Part shown: positions 1 through 7,553 of the stretch, piece after piece
Position numbering within the stretch: position 1 is the first letter of the stretch
Layout: every line of letters starts with the position of its first letter
Assembly: GCA_048938895.1 (NCBI GenBank)
Contig: JBHLLU010000047.1
Span: 1-31,498, forward strand
DNA length: 31,498 nucleotides
Source: Promethearchaeota archaeon
GTDB taxonomy: Archaea > Asgardarchaeota > Lokiarchaeia > Sigyniarchaeales > SOKP01
Direction: 5' to 3'
Notes under the pieces: model-generated
The model's database searches: none
What the model was told of the DNA's origin: nothing
Seen by the model: only the letters and a program-made list of their open reading frames with translations
Made by a program: the position numbers and the translations under genes

Positions 1-336
1 TCTGGAATTACCACTATGTTTGAAGGGTATGAAAAACAGACTTTCGAAGAACTCCTGAGGGCAATAGATGGAATCAAACAAATACTCTGGAAAACAAAAC
101 CCCTCATCATCATAACTGCCCCTTTACACGAGAATTCTCTTTTCAGACCAAAAGGGGGAAAAATCCTTTCGCATTTTGGGAGTGTGTTAGTGATGATAAA
201 TGATGATGAAAGATACGATGAATATGTTCTCGTACAACATCCTTATCTCCCAGAGAAGCGGTTGTTAAAATGGAAGCCTCGGACCTCTAAGAAGAAAGTA
301 CCGTTAAAAAATGCAACGATCGATTGCTGGATTTAG
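1..336 (+). CDS. C-terminal part of a RadA/RecA-like protein, probably the inactivated RadA-like partner of PolB2 (5'-truncated by the window edge)
   Basis: Frame 1 is open from base 1 (SGITTMFEG...). PKGGKILSHF resembles the RadA/Rad51 L2-region motif PxGGxILxH. It lies on the same strand ~2 kb upstream of polB2, the known context for these proteins. The Walker A motif would be outside the window. Confidence 0.65.
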   Translation, partial: SGITTMFEGYEKQTFEELLRAIDGIKQILWKTKPLIIITAPLHENSLFRPKGGKILSHFGSVLVMINDDERYDEYVLVQHPYLPEKRLLKWKPRTSKKKVPLKNATIDCWI

Positions 337-341
337 GGATA

Positions 342-764
342 TTACCAAAATGCTTTTTCAAACTTATCTATCGTATCTTGTAGGCTACTTTTAATTTGCT
401 CCTCAAAATTATCAAAAACACTTATATCATTGTCCCATTTATTAAAAAATTCAGGAGGATATAAGGAGAAGAATTTGTCAACAATGTTTTTTAATTCTTT
501 TTTGACATTTTTTTCTTTAGCCTTCTTTGGAGAATTGGTAATGAAAGTAATTCCATGTTGTTTTGTAATTATATATTTTTTATCTTTTAACTCAAAATTA
601 GATAAACCTCCTTTTGCCAATTCTTCAGCTAACAAATTTAAGGCAGAAATTAACGCACCAATTAATTGTTCATCCACTTTTTTTTCTAAAACTCGATTGA
701 ATAAGACCGCACCTGCATCGCTTAGTATCCAAATATCTTGTATTACCTTTTCCACAGAAATCAC
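342..764 (-). CDS. Longin/roadblock-like small domain protein (Asgard type)
   Basis: 140 aa. The pattern IWILSDAGAVLF..DEQLIGALISALNLLA..W-D-x-D-I-S-x-F fits the beta-beta-alpha-beta-beta-beta-alpha longin topology expanded in Lokiarchaeia. GTG start. Confidence 0.65.
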   Translation of the reverse strand: MISVEKVIQDIWILSDAGAVLFNRVLEKKVDEQLIGALISALNLLAEELAKGGLSNFELKDKKYIITKQHGITFITNSPKKAKEKNVKKELKNIVDKFFSLYPPEFFNKWDNDISVFDNFEEQIKSSLQDTIDKFEKAFW

Positions 765-852
765 AGCTTAAAATATTCAAATTTGCTTTAAAGATAATTA
801 AGAAAAAATAAATATAAAAAATTTAATGTTTAATCCTTGAAAAAGTAATAGT

Positions 853-1587
853 TTACTCACCTGCTTTTGGTCTTATATATCCATAATACGCTCCAAAAAT
901 TCCAATTATGGCAAAAGTCCATCCTAGAAAATAGAACACAGTAAAACCTAGACTTCCTAAGAAGATAAATACTCGATCCACTGCAAATCCAAGAAAAATC
1001 AGCATAAAGCTAATTGACATGATTGCTAATGATAAAAATCCTTGCTTGTAGCTTTTCTCATCTACTGCTCGATAAGATTGTATAGCTCTTCGTAGGAAAG
1101 GGGCGTAAATCATTACCATATATATGAAAACAAATATGAAAGCACCGACATCTAGTAAATCATTCTCATTTTCATAGATGATGACTATATAAAGACAGGC
1201 AATTACGCCATAAACTATAGTTATATATTTATATATAGTTTTATAACCCTTTTCAAAAACGTTTACCTTCAAGATATAAGATAAAAATATTGCGACAGTT
1301 ACCAATAATTCACTGAATCTAAAGTCTGATATCCTGTAATAGAACCAAGAAACTACGAGATTATCTTGCACTTCATCCCACTGTAATACTGCGAAAATTT
1401 TCGATAACCAAGAAAAGATAATTGCGATGGTATAACATAAAAAGATGATGAAAAGCAGTAGGGTAAGTCTGTGCCGTTTAATGAAATATTTTCTAAGTAT
1501 GAGTACAAGTAAAATCACTGCAAAAATTAAGATGAATGATTCAAAGACCATACCAATGAAATTTAAAAGTATGTTTTGATCAACCAT
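853..1587 (-). CDS. Hypothetical ~7-TM membrane protein
   Basis: 244 aa with about seven hydrophobic segments and no recognisable catalytic motif. Confidence 0.75.
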   Translation of the reverse strand: MVDQNILLNFIGMVFESFILIFAVILLVLILRKYFIKRHRLTLLLFIIFLCYTIAIIFSWLSKIFAVLQWDEVQDNLVVSWFYYRISDFRFSELLVTVAIFLSYILKVNVFEKGYKTIYKYITIVYGVIACLYIVIIYENENDLLDVGAFIFVFIYMVMIYAPFLRRAIQSYRAVDEKSYKQGFLSLAIMSISFMLIFLGFAVDRVFIFLGSLGFTVFYFLGWTFAIIGIFGAYYGYIRPKAGE

Positions 1588-1683
1588 AATACATTATTGA
1601 TGAAAATCTGACTATTTATAGTTTTATTTTGTGCAAAATTGATTAGAAATAAACTAAAAGTCAAGAATATTGAAATACTGATT

Positions 1684-2097
1684 TTAATTTTCTTTCTTTT
1701 TGTACATATTAGGATCTTTTTCTTTCAATGTGAGAGTATCTCCCCCAAATTGTACTTTCTTTCCTTGATAGTATAGCGTGGACTTTTCTTCACATATTTT
1801 ATCCCAATCTTCTAATCCTAATTTTTGGATCATAACAGAATTATAGACTTTCGAATTATGAGGAGTAAAAATTTCAAAATTCACAATAGGTTGGAGCATT
1901 TCGCAGGGAAAATCATCACATTCATAACAAAAATCATATCCTTTCCTTGTGACGCATTCATAAGTTTTACAAACTGGAAACTTAAGAATTTGACCTTTTT
2001 TATCACGACATCCTGTACATCCAAAAGTTTGTACCCCGGGACATCGCTTACAATATATTCCACAAGGAGCATGCCACTCTTTTAAATCTTCTGACAT
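1684..2097 (-). CDS. DUF3795-like Cys-rich metal/Fe-S binding protein
   Basis: Cys pattern APCGIYCKRCP..CTGCR..CKTYECV..CYECDDFPC. The ATG at 2097 (MSEDLKE) is preferred over the TTG at 2121. Confidence 0.75.
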   Translation of the reverse strand: MSEDLKEWHAPCGIYCKRCPGVQTFGCTGCRDKKGQILKFPVCKTYECVTRKGYDFCYECDDFPCEMLQPIVNFEIFTPHNSKVYNSVMIQKLGLEDWDKICEEKSTLYYQGKKVQFGGDTLTLKEKDPNMYKKKEN

Positions 2098-2251
2098 TAT
2101 AATAAGTTTAGATCTCAACAAGAAATAAAGTTTGCCTTATTGTTTTGCTTGCTTTTTCGTTCAAAAATCAGAAAATTTGTTATGTATTTTCTTTTTAATC
2201 GACTGAAACACTTCCTTTCTGGGATTTTAACGAAGATTAGATGAGTAAAAA

Positions 2252-2524
2252 ATGGGAAGAACTGTTCCTTCTTTTAGGCCTGCTTTAGAGCACGAGATTG
2301 AAAGCTGGAAAAACTTTAAAAGAGCATTAAGGCCTGAAGAACAAAAGATATTTAACAAGTTAATGAATTACGCCAGAATTCACGCGGATGCGGGTAGCAT
2401 GAGTGCACGTCCAATGCTATCAGAAGTGTTATTCATCTCCTTTGCGGTTGAACAAGAAAAGAGAATTGAGAAGCTAGAAGAGAAGATCAAAGAATTTGAA
2501 GAAATCATTAGAGGAAAAGATTAG
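2252..2524 (+). CDS. Small helical PolB2-associated protein (arCOG07300/PPB2-like)
   Basis: N-terminus MGRTVPSFR..W..F.RALR..D/E...F..L...A..H is characteristic of this family. It ends 3 bp before the polB2 start and has a C-terminal coiled coil. Confidence 0.8.
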   Translation: MGRTVPSFRPALEHEIESWKNFKRALRPEEQKIFNKLMNYARIHADAGSMSARPMLSEVLFISFAVEQEKRIEKLEEKIKEFEEIIRGKD

Positions 2525-2527
2525 AGT

Positions 2528-4945
2528 TTGGTATTTCAAGAGCAATTTGATGGGTGGCTATTAGATGTATCTACCCATGGCAATGGAGTTATTCTTTGGG
2601 TAAAGACGGTAAAAGAGCAAAAGATAGTAAACATCTTTCATGATTTTTGTCCTGAATTTTTTGCTGTTCCAAGACGGCATGCTGGTAAGGATTTTAAGAG
2701 ATTAAAACAAATTCTTGAATCACATGATAATGTAAGCAGTGTGAGAATCTGTGAAAAATATGTGAAACTAGAAGACCATGAGAAAAGTACGATTTTTGGT
2801 GTTTCTATCACCAAACCTTCAGTGTTTAAAAAAACTATTAGAGAAATTGATGAGATTGGACTTTTTACCCTGTACAATATTGATATTCCGATAGCTCAGA
2901 TGTATTTCTACGTAAACGACTTGTTTCCAATGTCTCTGTGTGGGTTTAGGGTGAAGATTAAAAAGAAGAAAGCTGAGGGACATTTCCTAGGCTTAATCTC
3001 ACTAGAATTAAAAGACGACAACGAAAAACTGTTTTATGATTTACCTCCACTAAAGGCTGTTTGGTTAGATATCAAAATACAGCAGCAAGGGATAAGAACA
3101 TATTATAACGATCCTTTAGCATATGTCGAAGTGAGTATTGTTGAAAAAGATGAGAAGGCTAACATTCCAAGGGCAGACGGACAAAGGAAAAGAAAAATCA
3201 TTATTGATGAGGCTGATGAGGCTGAAACCATCAAGAAAATTAGTAAGGTGATTGAGCGACTGGATCCCGATATCATCCTTACCCATGGAGGTGACGAGTT
3301 TGTATTTCCTTACTTGGTTGCACGAGCATCAGTAAATCATGTTTCAAAAGATCTCTATCTTTCTCGCACCAAAACTCCCCTTAAAAACTGCATTTTTCAC
3401 CTTTCAGGAAATTCCGATCACTATATGACCTATGGGATAATAATGCGCCGTTCCAAAACCCAAGTTTACCTTACAGGGCGGTTTCATTTGGATACAACGA
3501 CTTATGGGAGTTTGCACTTTAGTGAGGGAAATATCCCTGGTGTTATCGAAGTCGCAAGAATTTCTCGAGTGCCCATGCAACGATTGTGCAGGGTGACTAT
3601 CGGAGGAGCACTTCACTCTATACAGTATTATAATGCATATAAGCTCGATCATCTTATCCCTCCTTTCAAAAAAAGCCCAGAAGACTTTCGAAATGGCATG
3701 GATCTCATAATTAATGATCGGGGAGGTCACATTTTTGAACCAATGATCGGAGTCTTTGATCAGGTGGTAGAACTCGACTTTTCAAGTATGTATCCTTCCC
3801 TGATGGCTAACTTTAACATTTCATCGGAAACGCTTAATTGTAAATGTTGTAAAGATGATGGTACTGGAATCAAAGTCCCGGGTACAAGTTTTCATATCTG
3901 TTCCAAGCGAGAAGGAATCATTTCTAAATCCATTAGCTTGCCTCTCAACAAACGACTTTTTTACAAGGAATACAATAAGACACATGATGATCTCCGATAT
4001 AAATTCACTGATATTGCATTAAAATGGGTACTTGTAGTGAGTTTTGGTTATTTAGGTTTCAAAAATGCTCGTTTTGGTAAGATTGAAGCCCATCAAACGG
4101 TATGTGCTTTTGCACGAGAATTTCTCATGCGATCTGCTGAAATTGCCCAAAAGTATGGGTGCCGTATCATTCATGGAATAGTGGACTCACTGTGGGTAAA
4201 AGACAACAAGGGGCGATCTCCTGAAGAATTCGAAGAATTAACAAAGAAAATTGCAGAGGAAATATCAAATAGTACAGGCATCCCTATGAGTTGGGATGGA
4301 TTGTTTAATACTATTGTCTTTTTACCCTCACGAGCAGAACCTGATATACCCGCGCTCAGTCATTACTGGGGGATAAAAAACGATGGAGAGGTGAAGGTGA
4401 GGGGAATCGAAGTAAGACGTAGAGACATGCCAAAAATAGTAAAAGATGCACAATATGCATTTATTGATGTTTTTCAAGGTGCAAAAACAGTTGATGAGTT
4501 TACAAAGAGAATTCCTGAAGCAAAGAAAAAACTCTATGAATATGTAGAAAGAGTATACTCAGGTACAGTTACTCGTGAGGAATTAACGATCCGACAGAAG
4601 ATCTCTCGTAGACCTTCTCAATACAAGGTAAATTCGTATCAAGCCGTAGCAGCCAGACAGCTTGAGCGTTCAGGAGTAATAGTATCGGCGGGTAAAAACG
4701 TGAGATATATTATTCTCAATGCTGATGCTGATCCTGCTTTTCCTGAAAAGAAGGTGATTCTCTCGGATTTATATGATGATAAAAAACACGAATATGATAA
4801 AAAGAAATATGTAGAACTGCTGAAAAGGGCATTTGAAAACATCTTTCCCTTTGAATTTCCTGAACTTAAAGAATTATTGAAGTCTGATTATAATAAGAAA
4901 TCGACTCAAAAAGATCTTTTTTGTTTTATTGGAAATACTATTTAA
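2528..4945 (+). CDS. polB2: Family B DNA polymerase, PolB2 (Dpo2-like) group, with a degenerate proofreading exonuclease domain
   Basis: Motif A is DFSSMYPS. Motif B is ALKWVLVVSFGYLG. Motif C is HGIVDS in place of YGDTDS, typical of PolB2. The thumb carries KVRGIEVRRRD. ExoI reads DIK and ExoII lacks its Asp. TTG start. Confidence 0.9.
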   Translation: MVFQEQFDGWLLDVSTHGNGVILWVKTVKEQKIVNIFHDFCPEFFAVPRRHAGKDFKRLKQILESHDNVSSVRICEKYVKLEDHEKSTIFGVSITKPSVFKKTIREIDEIGLFTLYNIDIPIAQMYFYVNDLFPMSLCGFRVKIKKKKAEGHFLGLISLELKDDNEKLFYDLPPLKAVWLDIKIQQQGIRTYYNDPLAYVEVSIVEKDEKANIPRADGQRKRKIIIDEADEAETIKKISKVIERLDPDIILTHGGDEFVFPYLVARASVNHVSKDLYLSRTKTPLKNCIFHLSGNSDHYMTYGIIMRRSKTQVYLTGRFHLDTTTYGSLHFSEGNIPGVIEVARISRVPMQRLCRVTIGGALHSIQYYNAYKLDHLIPPFKKSPEDFRNGMDLIINDRGGHIFEPMIGVFDQVVELDFSSMYPSLMANFNISSETLNCKCCKDDGTGIKVPGTSFHICSKREGIISKSISLPLNKRLFYKEYNKTHDDLRYKFTDIALKWVLVVSFGYLGFKNARFGKIEAHQTVCAFAREFLMRSAEIAQKYGCRIIHGIVDSLWVKDNKGRSPEEFEELTKKIAEEISNSTGIPMSWDGLFNTIVFLPSRAEPDIPALSHYWGIKNDGEVKVRGIEVRRRDMPKIVKDAQYAFIDVFQGAKTVDEFTKRIPEAKKKLYEYVERVYSGTVTREELTIRQKISRRPSQYKVNSYQAVAARQLERSGVIVSAGKNVRYIILNADADPAFPEKKVILSDLYDDKKHEYDKKKYVELLKRAFENIFPFEFPELKELLKSDYNKKSTQKDLFCFIGNTI

Positions 4946-5121
4946 TCACACTAAATAGCACTTAGACTTTATGATTCAATTTGAAATTTTGCATCATGGG
5001 GAGTTAATTGTTTATATAAGGACGCTTAGTTTGCTATTTCCAAGAAGTTGGAAAAAATCTGGGGACCGTTGAATGTTAAGAAAGAAAACTAAAGATGGTT
5101 AATCGAACCGACATAAAACCA

Positions 5122-5184
5122 ACAAAAAGGTATAATAACCCCTTAATAGTTGCCTTTAAATATAGATCAGTCAATTTATATATT
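5122..5184 (+). promoter_or_regulatory. Putative archaeal promoter of RNA copy 1
   Basis: TTTAAATA TATA box at 5155-5162, about 25-30 nt before the first helix (5185). The upstream block is almost identical in copy 2. Confidence 0.6.
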
Positions 5185-5475
5185 ATTCACATCTAATGGT
5201 GTGAAGCAATTTGCATCGTGATGTGAATGTCGAGAAGTAGTATTAGCATATCAGTGTGTTTTGCTAATTGAATTACTTTCGAGTAAAACAAATTAGTAAG
5301 TTCATACTTCCCTCACAGGAAGGAATACTATATCTTCGGATATAGAGTTGAACGATGGATCTTTGGATCCGCTGTTTAAAGTGATTTAACGCATTGATTA
5401 GTCTATATGCACGTATAGATTGCTTATACTTCGCTGATGAAAAACTTCGGTTCTTCATTAGCAGCTTCTCGTCCC
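5185..5475 (+). ncRNA. Putative novel ~290-nt structured ncRNA, copy 1
   Basis: Hairpins: 5185-5228 (GCAA loop), 5273-5286 (UUCG), 5307-5322, 5328-5345 (cUUCGg), 5348-5379 (cUUUGg), 5400-5421 and 5433-5462 (cUUCGg). Long-range helices: 5231-5238/5464-5471 and 5250-5260/5388-5398. Covariation with copy 2. The ends are inferred. Confidence 0.85.
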
Positions 5476-5501
5476 TTTATTCTTTTGGTTTTTTTACTTT
5501 T
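5476..5501 (+). terminator. U-rich archaeal-type terminator after RNA copy 1
   Basis: TTTATTCTTTTGGTTTTTTTACTTTT directly follows the closing helix. Confidence 0.5.
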
Positions 5502-5633
5502 GAAAATTGTTTTCTTCTTGAGAGATCAAATCTAACAGATAAAATTAATTAAAAAAAAATAATGAGTTACTGAAAAGAGCTTTGGGAAATGTTTTAAATC
5601 CCGACTTAAAAATTTGCTATTCTTTATTAAGCG

Positions 5634-5696
5634 ACAAAAAGGTATAATAACCCCTTAATAGTTTTCTTTAAATATAGATCAGTCAATATATATCTT
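5634..5696 (+). promoter_or_regulatory. Putative archaeal promoter of RNA copy 2
   Basis: TTTAAATA at 5667-5674, with the same spacing to the first helix (5697) as in copy 1. Confidence 0.6.
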
Positions 5697-5987
5697 GTTC
5701 ATATTTAATGGTGTGAAGCAATTCGCATCTTAATATGAATGTCGAGAAGTAGTATTAGCATATCAATGTGTTGCGCTAATTGAATTACTTTCGAGTAAAA
5801 CAAGTTAGTAAAATCGTACTTCCCTCACAGGAAGAAACACTATATCTTCGGATGTAGAATTGAATGATAGGTTTTCGGATCTGTTATTCAAAACGATTTA
5901 ATACATTGAAAATTCATATGAAAATATGATATCGCCTATACAATGCTGATGAAAAACTTCGGTTGTTCATTAGCAGCTTCTCGTCCC
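5697..5987 (+). ncRNA. Putative novel ~290-nt structured ncRNA, copy 2
   Basis: Same helices as copy 1 with pairing-preserving substitutions. Tetraloops are GCAA, UUCG (four times) and GAAA (5920-5923). Closing helix 5743-5750/5976-5983. Confidence 0.85.
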
Positions 5988-6009
5988 TTTATCCTTTAAC
6001 TATCTTTTT
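5988..6009 (+). terminator. Pyrimidine/U-rich putative terminator after RNA copy 2
   Basis: TTTATCCTTTAACTATCTTTTT follows the closing helix. It is weaker than the copy 1 tract. Confidence 0.35.
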
Positions 6010-6066
6010 CAAATTAAGAGGAATTTCTTCGTGCTTATCAATACTAAAATAAAGAAAAAAAAGAGT

Positions 6067-6609
6067 TTAAGGAAGTGTAAATACTTCAAAAAAGTCAAGG
6101 ATAATTATTATTAAGCAGATTAGTTCAATAAGAATCCACAGATTCCGTTTTAGATTCCTGATTGCTCCAAGAGGTTTACCAAAGTAATTAATAAGATTAT
6201 AAATGAAGATAACTACCCAGGCGGTAACTAAGAATGCAATCGGGAGAATTAATGTAATAAGTTCGCGACCAGCATACAATAATATATATTTATAACCAAG
6301 AACGGAGAATCCAATAATCACAAGAGTGAAACCAAGACCAAATGAATATTCTGCGAAGTTAACAAAACGTTTAATTCGATCTTCGTGTGCTTCTCCTGAG
6401 TTAGCTTCAAAGTTTGCTTTTGAATTTGCAGACACCGAATTAACAAAGAAGACAAAAGAAAGCATTAGTAAGAATGTCGAAGTAACGATCCCATCAGGTG
6501 GAGGAAATTGCCAAATTAACGCAAGAATCGTTAACACTGCCCCAATCATTACTGTGCTTAAAGTTATCCAATCTTTCACATTGATTTTTGATTGTTTTTG
6601 ATTGCTCAT
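6067..6609 (-). CDS. Hypothetical ~5-TM membrane protein
   Basis: 180 aa with about five hydrophobic helices. AGGTG Shine-Dalgarno upstream of the ATG. Confidence 0.75.
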   Translation of the reverse strand: MSNQKQSKINVKDWITLSTVMIGAVLTILALIWQFPPPDGIVTSTFLLMLSFVFFVNSVSANSKANFEANSGEAHEDRIKRFVNFAEYSFGLGFTLVIIGFSVLGYKYILLYAGRELITLILPIAFLVTAWVVIFIYNLINYFGKPLGAIRNLKRNLWILIELICLIIIILDFFEVFTLP

Positions 6610-6737
6610 TTTTCACACCTTTAATTTGAAGGTAATTAAAATTACTTAAAACTTAAAATAAAAACATTTGGATGGTTTAAATGGCATCTAACAAAAAAGT
6701 TAAGAAAAAAAAGAAATTTTAATAATAAAGAAATTTC

Positions 6738-7202
6738 TTACTCTTTTAAAAAATCTGTGTCTTCTTTTCCATAAAGGTTATTCATGAATAATTGAGGATT
6801 AGTATATGTTGTGCAAGTTTTTATTTTACCATTTTCAACATCATAAATATCCACTCCAGTATGAGAAAATGTTTTACCGTGAGCAGGAATAGATTGTTCT
6901 GAGAAGAATCCTTTAAAGTCTTTACTAAAGGTTAATGTAAGATTATATCTTACAACCATTACAGAATTATCCTTATTTGGTATAATATCAATATCTGCTT
7001 TTATATCAGGAAAAGAATCCACCATCCAAGCAAAGTAATTAGTAAAACCTTCTCTATCCATTTTATTTTTGCCGGGATCATTCCATACAAAATCATCTGA
7101 TAAGTAATCATCCCAACTGCTTTTGGGAGGTAAAAAATTGCGGTTATTAAAATCTTCATATATCAATCGAACAATTTGTTTATTAGTTATTACTTCATTC
7201 AT
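6738..7202 (-). CDS. SnoaL-like/ester cyclase (NTF2-fold) protein
   Basis: NKQIVRLIYE..DDYLSDDFVWNDP..SFPD..P.HGK.F...G.DIY.V.NGKI pattern. The ATG at 7202 is preceded by GGGTG and is preferred over 7241. Confidence 0.75.
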   Translation of the reverse strand: MNEVITNKQIVRLIYEDFNNRNFLPPKSSWDDYLSDDFVWNDPGKNKMDREGFTNYFAWMVDSFPDIKADIDIIPNKDNSVMVVRYNLTLTFSKDFKGFFSEQSIPAHGKTFSHTGVDIYDVENGKIKTCTTYTNPQLFMNNLYGKEDTDFLKE

Positions 7203-7553
7203 CACCCTACAACTCCAAGAGATATAGATTTCATATCCCATTAAGAAATAGTAATTTATAAATATTTTTACTTATTTGACAAATTTCAAATAATAAATCT
7301 CTGAACTTCATTAAAAACTATTCTTAGAGTTATAACTGAATTATAGATAATTAACTGACTCATTTTAAAATAATTCCAATATGATGATAATATTTTTATT
7401 AAATTATGGTAATTTATTCAATAATAAAATCAGTAAATTCAATATTATTCAGATTTTTTCGCATATTTATTATTTTGAGTTCAAGTTTGTTGAAGACCTC
7501 TAATTTGAAAAAACGTAATTTACCAAAGGAATTCCATGTAAAGATAATTTACT

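Larger units (their letters stand above)
5122..5992 (+). repeat. Tandem direct repeat of a 359-bp unit (5122-5480 and 5634-5992), period 512 bp
   Basis: The copies align without net indels at an offset of exactly 512. Hand count gives about 57 mismatches in 359 bp (~84% identity). The 153-bp spacer is not similar to the flanks. Confidence 0.97.

Noticed and set aside
430-4842. Short antisense or alternative-frame ORFs (430-771, 1825-2085, 1881-2072, 2638-2877, 3404-3730, 4639-4842)
   Set aside because: They overlap well-supported genes and show no motifs.
5273-5458. 61-aa minus-strand ORF inside RNA copy 1
   Set aside because: The equivalent frame in copy 2 (ATG at 5970) stops after 18 codons, and the substitutions follow base pairing rather than codons.
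5434-5473. CUGAUGA resembling a hammerhead ribozyme core or a C/D-box C motif
   Set aside because: No GAAA follows stem II, no downstream CUGA D box is present, and the motif is sequestered in the GCUGAUGAA/UUCAUUAGC stem in both copies.
5185-5987. RNase P RNA, SRP RNA, tRNA or rRNA as the identity of the repeat
   Set aside because: The size is similar to RNase P and SRP RNA, but there is no GAGGAAAGUCC/P4 consensus, SRP helix-8 motif, cloverleaf or rRNA signature on either strand. This was judged by eye and an Rfam scan is still needed.
5122-5992. MITE/IS-derived element, CRISPR array or assembly artefact
   Set aside because: There are no terminal inverted repeats, target-site duplications, transposase or short repeat-spacer periodicity. 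About 16% structured divergence between copies excludes an assembly duplication.
7203-7553. Long divergent intergenic region
   Set aside because: It is AT-rich, with no convincing hairpin set, repeat or reading frame.
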